A stretch of DNA of 64,000 nt from the NCBI GenBank assembly GCA_964642585.1, contig CAZXPB010000001.1, positions 3,733 to 67,732 on the forward strand, written 5' to 3'. The stretch is from an uncultured Candidatus Saccharibacteria bacterium (lineage in GTDB: Bacteria; Patescibacteriota; Doudnabacteria; UBA920). Position 1 is the first letter of the stretch. Each line of letters starts with the position of its first letter. The notes below the pieces were generated by a model that saw only the letters and a list, made by a program, of their open reading frames with translations, searched no databases and had not been told where the DNA came from. The position numbers and the translations under genes are program-made. Below are positions 1 through 10,022 of this stretch, in pieces.

Positions 1-886
1 ATTGTTTTGACCGAAAGTGATATTTAAATTTGCAGTATAGAGCCCAATTGCAAAATGAGAAAGTTGATACTTCGCCGCAGGGAAAAAACCTGTTGGAACC
101 GGAGAAGATATATTTGCGTTTATGTCTTCTGTTCCTCCACCAGATGTAATCCATGCCATTTCAAATCTACGGATACTTCTTGGCAGTACACTTCCTTCGC
201 TACGGTTTGCAGAAAGCACTTTTGCCTTCATGCCAATAATATTTTTGATAATGATTTCACCGCTTGGTTTAACTCTGTCAGCACCAGTATTTTGAAAACG
301 GTAGTAGAGTTCCACGGGAAGTGAGGTAAAAAATCTTTTCTTTTCTTTTGAAGCAAATTCTAATATATCCACCCCTTCTTGAATGTCACCATTAACGCGC
401 ATAAGAATTAAAGTTCCGAGTCGTGCACCAATACTGACTTCACCGCCGGATGCAGGTGGAGGTGTGGTGCGCACAAAGATAGATGCAAAGTATCCACCTG
501 GTTCTGCATTGGCAGGAATCTTAACAGAGAAAGGAATGGTTTTTTTCTCACCACCAGCAGCAGTTACAGAAGAAGCAACCTGTACCCAGATAGCAAGCCC
601 CTCTTTGCTCTGCACAAACTGAGGACTTCCGGTTTCATCTTTTGCTTCAAAATTTTCCACCTGAGTGTAGTAGGTTTGTGAAGAGGCTGACTCGTTCATA
701 ACGCTAAACTCTCCACTTACTGTAGTACCAGGATCACCTTCAAGTTCAAGTCTAGGAGGAATTACGGTGATGGCAGAGGCTGGCTTAGCGAATCCGATTA
801 ATAGGCTAGAAGCGAAAAAGACACCGCTTAGAGCCAAAAGGGCTAGGCGGTATCTTTTTATTTTTAAATTTGAGAATGAGTTGTTA
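1..886 (-). CDS. secreted cell-surface protein, partial (C-terminus lies beyond window start); N-terminal signal peptide then beta-sandwich-like region (DUF916/CARDB-like, tentative)
   Basis: Minus-strand frame is open from the window edge up to ~886 and is absent from the ORF track (no ATG, runs off the edge). Translation reads ...KIKRYRLALLALSGVFFASSLLIGFAKPASA|ITVIPPRLELEGDPGTTVSGEF...KTIPFSVKIPANAEPGGYFASIFVRTT... Candidate GTG start at 886-884; exact start uncertain. Confidence 0.55.
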
Positions 887-952
887 ATTCTCACCAGAGT
901 ATAATCAGGAAATAATAATCTACCTCTTAAGTATAACAGATTTTAGAAAAGT

Positions 953-2017
953 CTAGTAGGTAGCAGTAGCTGTATAGGTCAAGGTTGTAGAGTAAGCACC
1001 AGCTTCAGTTTCTGCAGCGATGTTACCTACGTAAGTTGCACTATATGTTGTTGAAGCAGTTGCCCCAGTTGCAGAAGCAACATTATCTTGAGTTGAAACT
1101 GTAGCCCCCCATCCATATTGGGATGATGTTCCATACTGCGAATCAACTGTACCGGAACCACCAGAAGCAGAAAGGTTTAAACCAAACTGCTCAGAACCAA
1201 CTGTGGTAGCAGAAGGACCAGCTGGAGCGGTAATAGTATTACCACCACTTGTTAGAGTTGCGCCCATAACATACATGATGTAACCACTGGTAGCATTTGT
1301 ACCCGCAGCAAGAGTATGCGCAACAGTTGCAGAGGAGTTACCTAAGGTATCTCCTGTTGCGAATCTGTCATCACCTGCACTTAAGGAACCATATCCAATT
1401 GTATTATCTGAAATTGAGAAAGTAATGCTTGGATCTACAGTAGCAGTAATGACCACTTGGTCATCAGTAATGATGTCTACTGAAATTGTTCCAGTATCAC
1501 CTGTGCTTGTAGCTAAGGCTACTGTATCATCATCGTCAATTGCACCATTTGAAATTTGGTTGGTACCAGTTGTACCAACAGTTGCGTTTGTACCAATCTT
1601 AATGCGTACACAGTTTGTGGCAGTCACAGTACCTGTACCGGAAGTTAAAGTAACCACTTGTCCTGCTGAGCCAACTCCCCAAGTTGCCCCTGAAGGTGAT
1701 CCAGCAAGAGTGACATCACTGAAACTACCCCCACAAGTTGCAGCAGTAGCAAAGTCAACGTCACCAAAAGCAATAGAACTTACTCCTGTGAAATCGGCGG
1801 AGAAAGTTAAAGTAATAGTTCCACCAGCAGTAACACCAGTTGGTGTTACAAACTTAATTTCATGGTTTGAAGCTGTGCTTGCTTTCAAACGACTCATGTT
1901 GTCTGACATACTAGTCATAGAAGCAGCCATAACCGTATGGCTTTGCACTCCAATAGCTACCATGACAAGAGAAATAGCCATGAAATAGGATATTCCCTTT
2001 CTTAGCTTGTTTTTCAT
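953..2017 (-). CDS. Thr/Gly/Ala-rich secreted surface protein (signal peptide; low-complexity beta-rich; C-terminal TTLTYTATATY resembles a WxL-like tail)
   Basis: 354 aa ORF. N-term MKNKLRKGISYFMAISLVMVAIGVQSHTVMAAS signal peptide; >40% T/G/S/A content. Upstream TTACAA-17-TATAAT promoter on minus strand near 2100-2130. Confidence 0.7.
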   Translation of the reverse strand: MKNKLRKGISYFMAISLVMVAIGVQSHTVMAASMTSMSDNMSRLKASTASNHEIKFVTPTGVTAGGTITLTFSADFTGVSSIAFGDVDFATAATCGGSFSDVTLAGSPSGATWGVGSAGQVVTLTSGTGTVTATNCVRIKIGTNATVGTTGTNQISNGAIDDDDTVALATSTGDTGTISVDIITDDQVVITATVDPSITFSISDNTIGYGSLSAGDDRFATGDTLGNSSATVAHTLAAGTNATSGYIMYVMGATLTSGGNTITAPAGPSATTVGSEQFGLNLSASGGSGTVDSQYGTSSQYGWGATVSTQDNVASATGATASTTYSATYVGNIAAETEAGAYSTTLTYTATATY

Positions 2018-2149
2018 TTGTTTTTGTTTCCTGTGTACATATACTCTGGAAAGAAATGTACTTGTTATTAATTACTTTATTATTATAGCAGGTTTTTCCA
2101 ATTTTGTAAAGCTTATCCACAGCTTTTTCCTCCCTATAATAATAAAAAA

Positions 2150-2204
2150 ACAAAAAAAAGTATTTACTACGCAGAAAGTTTAGCCGTATCTGCGTGTAAA
2201 TACT
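2150..2204 (-). terminator. rho-independent terminator downstream of rpoC
   Basis: Inverted repeat agtatttactacgcag...ctgcgtgtaaatact (~15 bp stem) followed on the minus strand by a T8 tract. Confidence 0.7.
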
Positions 2205-2218
2205 TTAATTGTTTGCGA

Positions 2219-5200
2219 TTATGCTAGAGGAAGAGTCTGTTTGCGAAGGTTTTCTTCAGCAATATCAGCGTTAAAGCCAGTTCCAGCAGGAATTAGCTTA
2301 CCGATGATCACATTTTCCTTCAAACCTCTTAAATAGTCAGTCTTTCCAGTTACAGCCGCCTCAATTAGAACACGAGTTGTTTCTTGGAAAGATGCCGCCG
2401 CTAGAAAGCTTTCAGTAGATAGAGATATCTTAGTAATACCCATTAGAAGTTGTTCCGCTTCAATTAGATTTCGGCCTTCACCTTCAAGGAGTTCATTCAT
2501 TTCTTGCATCTTGGACTTATCTATCATATCACCTGGTGCAAAGTCTGAATCACCACCATTTACTACGCGCATCTTAGAGAACATTTGACGAGCAATAATT
2601 TCTACGTGCTTGTCGTGAATTTGTTGTCCTTGAGAAACGTAGATATCTTGAACTTCTTTTACCAAATATTTCTGAGCCGCTTCTACACCTTGTAGTTCTA
2701 ATACTTGATTTGGATTTAAGTTTCCTTCAGTAAGTGGTTGACCAGGGTAAACTAAATCACCATCTTTAACTGTTAGAGAGAAACCGCGAGGAATTACATA
2801 TTCTACTAATTCATCACCTTCATGGATAAGTTTAATTTGGTTTTCTTCAACTTTCGCAATGCCAGCCGCTTGTGCTTTTACTAAAGTACCAGCTTCATCT
2901 GTGTAAAGTGCATCCCCTACTGCAGTATGTGTACCATCTTTAATGATTGTCTGCGCGCCAGAAGGGAGACTCAGAATTTCAGAAGTAACATTTTCTCCTT
3001 CAATACGAACGATTTGTTCACGAGTTGGAGCAATAGTAATAGAAACTTTTCCTGCAATTTCAGATACAGCGGCCATACCTTTTGGTTCGCGTGCTTCAAA
3101 TAATTCTTCTACACGAGGAAGTCCTTGAGTAATATCACTTACAGAAGCAGATCCACCAGTGTGAAAAGTACGCATAGTAAGCTGTGTTCCCGGTTCACCA
3201 ATCGCTTGTGCCGCTACAATTCCTACAGCTGCACCAAGGTCAACCATTTTGTTGAAACCAAGGTCATAACCGTAACATAGACGACAGATACCACGAACTA
3301 GTTTACATTTTAGTACTGAACGGGATTTCACTTCTGTAATTCCACTTGCAGCAATTTGAGTAGCTGTTAATTCATCGATACCTTGATTACGCTTTACGAA
3401 AACTGTGCCATCTTCTGCTTTTACGTCTACTGCTGCTACACGGCCGAATAAACGGTTTTCAAAAGATTGATTCATCATTTCACTTTCTGCGAGTGTAATT
3501 GCATCATAATCTTTAGTACCACAATCTTCGGCGTTAATAACAACATCTTGGGCAACGTCAACAAGACGACGAGTTAAGTACCCAGCGTCAGCAGTACGAA
3601 GCGCAGTGTCTGACATACCTTTTCGAGAACCATGAGTTGAGATGAAATATTCTAACACACCGATTCCTTCTTTAAAGGAACCACGAACAGGAAGTTCAAT
3701 AGTACGACCGCCAGGGTTTACCACCAAACCTTTTAGACCAGACATTTGAGTAATCTGTGAGAAGGAACCACGAGCACCGCTAGACACGAAGTAGTTTACG
3801 CTTGAGTGAGGCAGTACAGTACCAACCACATCCTTAGCAATTTTTTCAGAAGCATCTGCCCAAATTTCTACAACACGGCCATAGCGTTCATCTTCGGTAA
3901 GCAAACCTTCAAGGAATTGTTCTTGAGTTGCTTGTACTTCTTTATCAGCAGCATCAAGCAAAGTGTATTTGGTATCTGGAACTGTTAAGTCATCCATACC
4001 CCAAGATAGTCCAGATTGCTTCATGTAGTAGAACCCGGTACGCTTAATTTCATCAATTAGTTCTGCAGTGCGTTCTGAACCAAACAAACGATACGCTTCA
4101 CGAAGAAGTTGCTGTAATTTCTTTTTATCAAAAGCATCGTTGCGGTATCCCATTTCTTTTGGAACAATCTTGTTGAAGATTAAACGACCAACGGATGTTT
4201 CTACTAGCTCAGTACTTTCGTTACCAATACGCACTTTAATTTGCGCTTGAATATGTACATGTTTGTTGTTGTAAGCCATGATCGCTTCTTGACTATCGGT
4301 AAACACTTTGCCTTCACCCTTCAAGCCTTCACGAATTTTTGTAATATAGTAACAACCTACCACAGCATCTTTGTCAGGAGTCATAACTGGTTGACCAGAA
4401 GCAGGCTTCAGCAAGTTGTGAGAAGATACCATGATTTCTTTAGCTTCTTTTTGCGCCGCTTCAGTCAGTGGGACGTGAACAGCCATCTGGTCACCATCAA
4501 AGTCAGCGTTAAACGCTGCACAAACCATTGGGTGAAGTTGAATTGCTTTACCTTCAATAAGCACCGGTTGAAAGGCCTGGAAACCAAGTCTGTGCAAGGT
4601 AGGAGCGCGATTTAGAAGCACATAGTGATCTTTAGTTACTTCTTCAAGAATATCCCACACTTCTGTTCGGCTTTGTTCAATAAGTCGACTAGCTGAGCGA
4701 ACATTGTGAGCATACTCACGAGAAATTAATTTAGAAATTACAAACGGCTTGAAAAGTTCCAAAGCCATTGCTTTTGGAAGTCCACATTGATGCAGCTTCA
4801 AATTTGGTCCCACCACAATTACAGAACGACCAGAATAGTCTACACGCTTACCAAGCAAGTTTTGACGGAAACGACCTTGCTTCCCCTTAAGCATGTCTGC
4901 TAAAGAACGAAGCTTGCGCTTTTGTCCTGTGCTAGCCGTAACTTCTTTGCCATGGCGAACAGAGTTGTCGATTAAAGCATCTACCGCTTCTTGCAGCATA
5001 CGCTTTTCATTACGAGTAATAACTTCTGGTGATTTAATTTCCAAAAGTTTCTTTAGACGATTGTTTCGGTTAATAACACGGCGGTACAAATCGTTCAAAT
5101 CAGATGCCGCAAAACGACCACCATCAAGTTGCACCATCGGACGAAGGTCTGGTGGAATAACTGGTAAGTGAGTAATTAACATCCATTCTGGACGAAGTCC

Positions 5201-6100
5201 AGATTTAATTAAGGATTTAATTAGCTTCAAACGGCGTTGCATCTTTTTCGCTGCCTGGCCTTCAGTGTTAGCAAGTTGTGCTTCTACATCTTGTGCGAGT
5301 TCTTCTAGGTTTAATTCTTCAAGCAAACCTTTTACAGCTTCAGCACCAATTCCAGCAGTAAACACTGGACCGTACTTTAGAGAAAGATCACGGTAAGCAA
5401 GTTCAGAGATGATCAAATACTTCTTAATAGACTTTAATTCACTACGTGCTTGATCCCGAATGCTTTCAAGATTATTAACTTCTGCTTGCCAAAGATCTTT
5501 AATCTTTGTGATTTCAGCATCAATTTTAGCAGCTAGCACATCTGCATCACCCTTACCTTCAGATTGCATGGTGGAACGAGTCTTGCCGATCAACGCTTCA
5601 TAGCGAGTTTCAATCTCTTTTTTCTTTGACTTAAATTCACCTTCGATTTGCTCTAAGGTTTGTGCACGGGCTTCTTCATCTACTGAAGTAATAATGTAAG
5701 CTGCGAAATACACGCATCGTTCTAATTCTTGAACACCAAGATCTAAAATTAAACCAAGGCGGCTAGGTACGCTGCGCAAGAACCAGATATGAGCAACGGG
5801 AACAGCTAAAGTAATATGGCCCATGCGTTCACGACGAACACTGGATTTTGTCACTTCAACACCACACTTATCACAAACAATATTTTTGTATCGAATGCGT
5901 TTGTATTTTCCACAGTAACATTCCCAGTCCTTAATTGGACCAAAGATTTTTTCATCGAACAACCCATCGCGTTCAGGGCGCTGAGTTCTGTAGTTAATGG
6001 TTTCAGGCTTAGTAACTTCTCCGTGTGACCATTCTAAAATAGTTTCTGGTGAAGCCAGCTTGATTTTTACACCTTTGAATTCTTCAGTTTGAGTTATCAT
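2219..6100 (-). CDS. rpoC: DNA-directed RNA polymerase subunit beta' (RpoC)
   Basis: 1293 aa. N-terminal zinc-binding CxC...CxxC, NADFDGD catalytic motif present. Lies directly downstream of rpoB. Confidence 0.97.
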   Translation of the reverse strand: MITQTEEFKGVKIKLASPETILEWSHGEVTKPETINYRTQRPERDGLFDEKIFGPIKDWECYCGKYKRIRYKNIVCDKCGVEVTKSSVRRERMGHITLAVPVAHIWFLRSVPSRLGLILDLGVQELERCVYFAAYIITSVDEEARAQTLEQIEGEFKSKKKEIETRYEALIGKTRSTMQSEGKGDADVLAAKIDAEITKIKDLWQAEVNNLESIRDQARSELKSIKKYLIISELAYRDLSLKYGPVFTAGIGAEAVKGLLEELNLEELAQDVEAQLANTEGQAAKKMQRRLKLIKSLIKSGLRPEWMLITHLPVIPPDLRPMVQLDGGRFAASDLNDLYRRVINRNNRLKKLLEIKSPEVITRNEKRMLQEAVDALIDNSVRHGKEVTASTGQKRKLRSLADMLKGKQGRFRQNLLGKRVDYSGRSVIVVGPNLKLHQCGLPKAMALELFKPFVISKLISREYAHNVRSASRLIEQSRTEVWDILEEVTKDHYVLLNRAPTLHRLGFQAFQPVLIEGKAIQLHPMVCAAFNADFDGDQMAVHVPLTEAAQKEAKEIMVSSHNLLKPASGQPVMTPDKDAVVGCYYITKIREGLKGEGKVFTDSQEAIMAYNNKHVHIQAQIKVRIGNESTELVETSVGRLIFNKIVPKEMGYRNDAFDKKKLQQLLREAYRLFGSERTAELIDEIKRTGFYYMKQSGLSWGMDDLTVPDTKYTLLDAADKEVQATQEQFLEGLLTEDERYGRVVEIWADASEKIAKDVVGTVLPHSSVNYFVSSGARGSFSQITQMSGLKGLVVNPGGRTIELPVRGSFKEGIGVLEYFISTHGSRKGMSDTALRTADAGYLTRRLVDVAQDVVINAEDCGTKDYDAITLAESEMMNQSFENRLFGRVAAVDVKAEDGTVFVKRNQGIDELTATQIAASGITEVKSRSVLKCKLVRGICRLCYGYDLGFNKMVDLGAAVGIVAAQAIGEPGTQLTMRTFHTGGSASVSDITQGLPRVEELFEAREPKGMAAVSEIAGKVSITIAPTREQIVRIEGENVTSEILSLPSGAQTIIKDGTHTAVGDALYTDEAGTLVKAQAAGIAKVEENQIKLIHEGDELVEYVIPRGFSLTVKDGDLVYPGQPLTEGNLNPNQVLELQGVEAAQKYLVKEVQDIYVSQGQQIHDKHVEIIARQMFSKMRVVNGGDSDFAPGDMIDKSKMQEMNELLEGEGRNLIEAEQLLMGITKISLSTESFLAAASFQETTRVLIEAAVTGKTDYLRGLKENVIIGKLIPAGTGFNADIAEENLRKQTLPLA

Positions 6101-6121
6101 AGTATTAAATAAATTTCCTGA

Positions 6122-9100
6122 TTAATTCTTTTCTTTCTTCTCTTTTTTCTTCTTGATCGGTTCATCAAAGAGAGAAGGCATATTTGCAGCTTCGACTACA
6201 GCTACAGGTTGTTCGTCTTGATCATCTACAGGGATTGCATCTTGCAAGCTCATTGAGCCGTTCACTCCGAGCAGGTCTACATCTAAGCCAAGGCTTTGTA
6301 ATTCTTTAATCAAGACACGGAAACTTTCAGGAACATTTGGCTTTTTAATCGGTTCACCTTTTACAATCGCTTCATAAGTTTTACTGCGTCCAACAACGTC
6401 ATCTGATTTAATAGTCAACATTTCTTGCAAAGTGTGCGCCGCACCGTAACCTTCAAGCGCCCATACTTCCATTTCACCGAAACGCTGTCCACCCATTTGG
6501 GCTTTACCACCAAGTGGTTGTTGAGTAATTAGAGAGTATGGCCCAGTTGAACGCGCGTGCATCTTATCGTCTACCAAATGGTGTAGTTTCAAAAAGTACT
6601 TCATACCAACCATTACTGGTTCATCAAAAGCTTCACCGGTCTTACCATCGTATAGAGCGACTTTACCGTTTTCTGGAATACCAGCTTTTTTAAGTTCAGC
6701 TTTAATTTGATCTTCAGTCATCCCATCTAGAACAGGAGTTGCAACATGGTAACCAAGCTTGTGTGCTGCAAATCCTAAGTGAGTTTCAAGCACCTGACCT
6801 AAGTTCATACGAGATACAATACCAAGTGGATTCAAAATTACATCTACAGGAGTACCATCTGCCATGAAAGGCATGTCTTCCACTGGAATGATACGAGAAA
6901 TAACACCTTTGTTTCCGTGACGCCCAGCCATCTTGTCACCAACTTGAATTTTGCGAAGTACCGCAACTGAAACTTGAATAGATCGGATAACGCCGCTTTG
7001 AAGTTTATCACCTGCTTCGCGGGAGAATTCACGGATGTTTACCACTTTACCGTACTCACCATGAGGAAGAGTTAGAGAGGTATCTTTTACATCACGAGAT
7101 TTTTCACCAAAAATAACCCGCAGCAGTTTTTCTTCAGCAGTTAAATCTGTTTCACCTTTTGGTGTAATTTTACCAACCAAAATGTCACCAGCTTTTACTT
7201 GCGCACCTATACGCACTACACCATTTTCATCTAAATTCTTTAGTTTTTCTTCACCGACATTTGGGATATCGCGGGTCACAACTTCAGGACCTAGTTTAGT
7301 ATCACGAATATCTAGTTTGAAATCTTCAATATGCACGGAAGTGTAGTAGTCATCTTGTACTAATCGGCTTGAAAGCAAAATCGCATCTTCATAGTTTCCA
7401 CCTTCCCATGACATGAAGGCCACAAGAACATTTTGACCAAGAGCAAGTTCACCGCGTTCTGTAGAAGTTCCGTCTGCAAGCACATCACCAGCTTTGACTT
7501 TTTGACCCTTAACTACACGGTTAATTTGGTTCATAGAGGTACCACTGTTGGTACGGATAAACTTTAACAATGGGTATTCTTTTACTTTTCCAGAATTACC
7601 CTTCACAGTAATTTTGTCACCCACAACAGATTGTACTTCACCATCTTCTTCAGAAATAATTACTTGACCAGAGTCACGAGCAGCTTTGCCTTCCATACCT
7701 GTTCCAACAATTGGAGCACGAGGAACAATACAAGATACAGCTTGACGTTGCATGTTTGATCCCATAAGAGCACGGTTAGCATCGTCATGTTCTAGGAAAG
7801 GAATTAGAGAAGTAGTGACAGAGATAATTTGTTTTGGAGAAACGTCTACACAGTCAATGATATTTGTGTCAGCAATTGTTGGCACACCATTAACACGAAC
7901 AGAAGCACGCGCGTCTTCAAAGTAACCATCATCTGAAATATTTAAGTTAGCGGGAGCGATAGTTAGTTTTTCTTCTTGATAGGCATCCATGTACTCAACT
8001 TTTTTAGTTACACGACCACGAATACGAATTTCTGTAAGGTCAGCGATTTTAGAAAGTTTTTTACAGTCTGCTTCTGTCATAACAGTACCAGCCGCTACTA
8101 CTACATCGCCTTTATCATCTTTTACATCTAACAAACAAGTTTCACCCACTGCATCTTTGCCATCATTTTTTGCGAATTTCTTTACATGACGGTAAGGAGT
8201 TTCAATAAATCCGAAGTCATTGATTTTTGCATAGGTTGCTAAGTGAGCAACAAGTCCAATGTTTGGACCTTCAGGAGTAGTAATAGGACAAAGACGACCG
8301 TAGTGAGAACGGTGAACGTCACGAACTTCGAACCCAGCGCGTTCGCGAGAAAGACCACCAGGGCCCATCGCGGACAAACGACGCTTGTGTTCTAGTTCAG
8401 CCAATGGGTTTGTCTGGTCCATGAACTGAGACAATTGAGAAGATGAGAAAAATTCCTGCATGGAAGCCACAATTGGACGAACGTGAATTAGTTGAGCTGG
8501 AGTTACTGTTTCAAGGTCAGCTAAACTCATACGGTCTTTTGCAATACGGCTCATACGAGCAAGACCCACGCGGTAACGAGCTTGGATAAGCTCACCCACA
8601 GCACGCACACGGCGGTTTGCCAAGTGATCAATATCGTCTTGTGCCCCTTGGACATTGCTCAAACGAATAATTTCTTTTACAACAGAAACTAAGTCTTCCA
8701 AAGTTAACATGTGACTGTCTACTTTTGGATCTATATAAGCATCAAGACGTTGATTGAATTTGTAACGGCCTACTTCTGAAAGATCATATCGTTCAAAGTT
8801 AAAGAACATCGCACTGATTAAAGAACGCGCGTTATCTACAGTTGCCAAGTCACCTGGACGAATACGTTTGTAAACTTCTTTAAAGCCTTCGTCTGCATTT
8901 GTACTAGCATCTTTTTCAAGAGTGGTTGCAATAAACTTTAGTTCTGGGTTTGTATCTACATCTTTAAATGTTTCTAGAATTGCTTCGTTAGAAGAAAGCC
9001 CAAATACACGAAGAAGTGCAGTAATCGGGATGCGGCGTTTGCGATCGATTTTTACACCAATTACACCAGCATTGTCTGTATCTAATTCAAGCCACGCGCC

Positions 9101-9619
9101 ACGGTTTGGCACAATCTTTGCACCGTACAAAAACTTACCACGAGAAAATTCACTAGTGAAGAAAACACCAGGAGATTTAATCAACTGAGAAACCACAACT
9201 CGTTCAACTCCGTTGATGACAAAAGTTCCGCGGGGGGTAAGAAGCGGAAAATCACCAAAATACACATCTTGTGTTTTGGTTTTGCCAGTAACTTTATTAA
9301 TAAGTTTTGCACTTACATATAGTGGAGCCTCATAAGTTGTATTTCGTTCGCGAGAAGTGTTCTCGTCGTACTTTGGTTTATCAAAGAAGTAATCACCGAA
9401 AGAAAGTTCTAGATTTTTCGCGGTGAAATCTTTGATTGGATTAATTTCTGCAAGTAATTCCTTGAGACCTGTTTCAAAGAACCATTTGTAGGAATTCAAC
9501 TGAACCTCAATAAGGTTTGGAACTGGAGTAGTTTCGTGTTGTTTAGTGAAATATTTGCGAGAAATACCCACTTCGCTAGGCAACGAAACGCTACCAATTG
9601 GCTTTGGCTTGTTTTGCAT
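6122..9619 (-). CDS. rpoB: DNA-directed RNA polymerase subunit beta (RpoB)
   Basis: 1165 aa; canonical RpoB conservation throughout; forms the rpoB-rpoC operon. Confidence 0.97.
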   Translation of the reverse strand: MQNKPKPIGSVSLPSEVGISRKYFTKQHETTPVPNLIEVQLNSYKWFFETGLKELLAEINPIKDFTAKNLELSFGDYFFDKPKYDENTSRERNTTYEAPLYVSAKLINKVTGKTKTQDVYFGDFPLLTPRGTFVINGVERVVVSQLIKSPGVFFTSEFSRGKFLYGAKIVPNRGAWLELDTDNAGVIGVKIDRKRRIPITALLRVFGLSSNEAILETFKDVDTNPELKFIATTLEKDASTNADEGFKEVYKRIRPGDLATVDNARSLISAMFFNFERYDLSEVGRYKFNQRLDAYIDPKVDSHMLTLEDLVSVVKEIIRLSNVQGAQDDIDHLANRRVRAVGELIQARYRVGLARMSRIAKDRMSLADLETVTPAQLIHVRPIVASMQEFFSSSQLSQFMDQTNPLAELEHKRRLSAMGPGGLSRERAGFEVRDVHRSHYGRLCPITTPEGPNIGLVAHLATYAKINDFGFIETPYRHVKKFAKNDGKDAVGETCLLDVKDDKGDVVVAAGTVMTEADCKKLSKIADLTEIRIRGRVTKKVEYMDAYQEEKLTIAPANLNISDDGYFEDARASVRVNGVPTIADTNIIDCVDVSPKQIISVTTSLIPFLEHDDANRALMGSNMQRQAVSCIVPRAPIVGTGMEGKAARDSGQVIISEEDGEVQSVVGDKITVKGNSGKVKEYPLLKFIRTNSGTSMNQINRVVKGQKVKAGDVLADGTSTERGELALGQNVLVAFMSWEGGNYEDAILLSSRLVQDDYYTSVHIEDFKLDIRDTKLGPEVVTRDIPNVGEEKLKNLDENGVVRIGAQVKAGDILVGKITPKGETDLTAEEKLLRVIFGEKSRDVKDTSLTLPHGEYGKVVNIREFSREAGDKLQSGVIRSIQVSVAVLRKIQVGDKMAGRHGNKGVISRIIPVEDMPFMADGTPVDVILNPLGIVSRMNLGQVLETHLGFAAHKLGYHVATPVLDGMTEDQIKAELKKAGIPENGKVALYDGKTGEAFDEPVMVGMKYFLKLHHLVDDKMHARSTGPYSLITQQPLGGKAQMGGQRFGEMEVWALEGYGAAHTLQEMLTIKSDDVVGRSKTYEAIVKGEPIKKPNVPESFRVLIKELQSLGLDVDLLGVNGSMSLQDAIPVDDQDEQPVAVVEAANMPSLFDEPIKKKKEKKEKN

Positions 9620-9962
9620 ATGTAATACACCCCCACACCAAGACTTGGTGTGCTTAATTAATAATATTTAATTTTGCGGATCACTCTTCGTGAAAATGAT
9701 CAATTTTTAGCTTATTTAAAACGGATTTTGTTTTCACACATGCGCTCATCTAGCGCGATATAAAGCATAAAAAAGTGTAAATCTGACAGAATTCGGGTGT
9801 TTCTAGTACAAAAAAGACCTCTTTCTTGCAAATGCAAAAAAGGGCATGTTGTTTCGCCTTATTTTCCTATATATTTGTGCACCTATTTATTATAGCGCGT
9901 AATGATTTGCTGTCAAGTATTTTTCCACTTTTCTAGAAATTCCTCTGGACTACAAAATAAAA

Positions 9963-10002
9963 GTAAACAAAAATCCACAGATTTTTGAAAATCTGTGGAT
10001 TT
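9963..10002 (-). terminator. rho-independent terminator after the large surface-protein gene
   Basis: aaatccacagattttcaaaaatctgtggattt hairpin plus T-tract on the minus strand. Confidence 0.7.
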
Positions 10003-10022
10003 ATTGATCATTTAAGCTTTAA

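Noticed and set aside
55-622. Plus-strand ORFs 55-324 and 383-622
   Set aside because: They lie antisense to a much longer, signal-peptide-bearing minus-strand reading frame (1-886). Composition is arginine/cysteine-rich noise.
1425-2153. ORFs 1425-1988(+) and 1911-2153(-)
   Set aside because: They overlap or are antisense to the Thr/Gly-rich surface-protein gene and its promoter region. Low-complexity translation, no signals.
2943-9188. Short ORFs nested inside or antisense to rpoC and rpoB
   Set aside because: All lie within the conserved rpoB/rpoC frames. Typical antisense artefacts.
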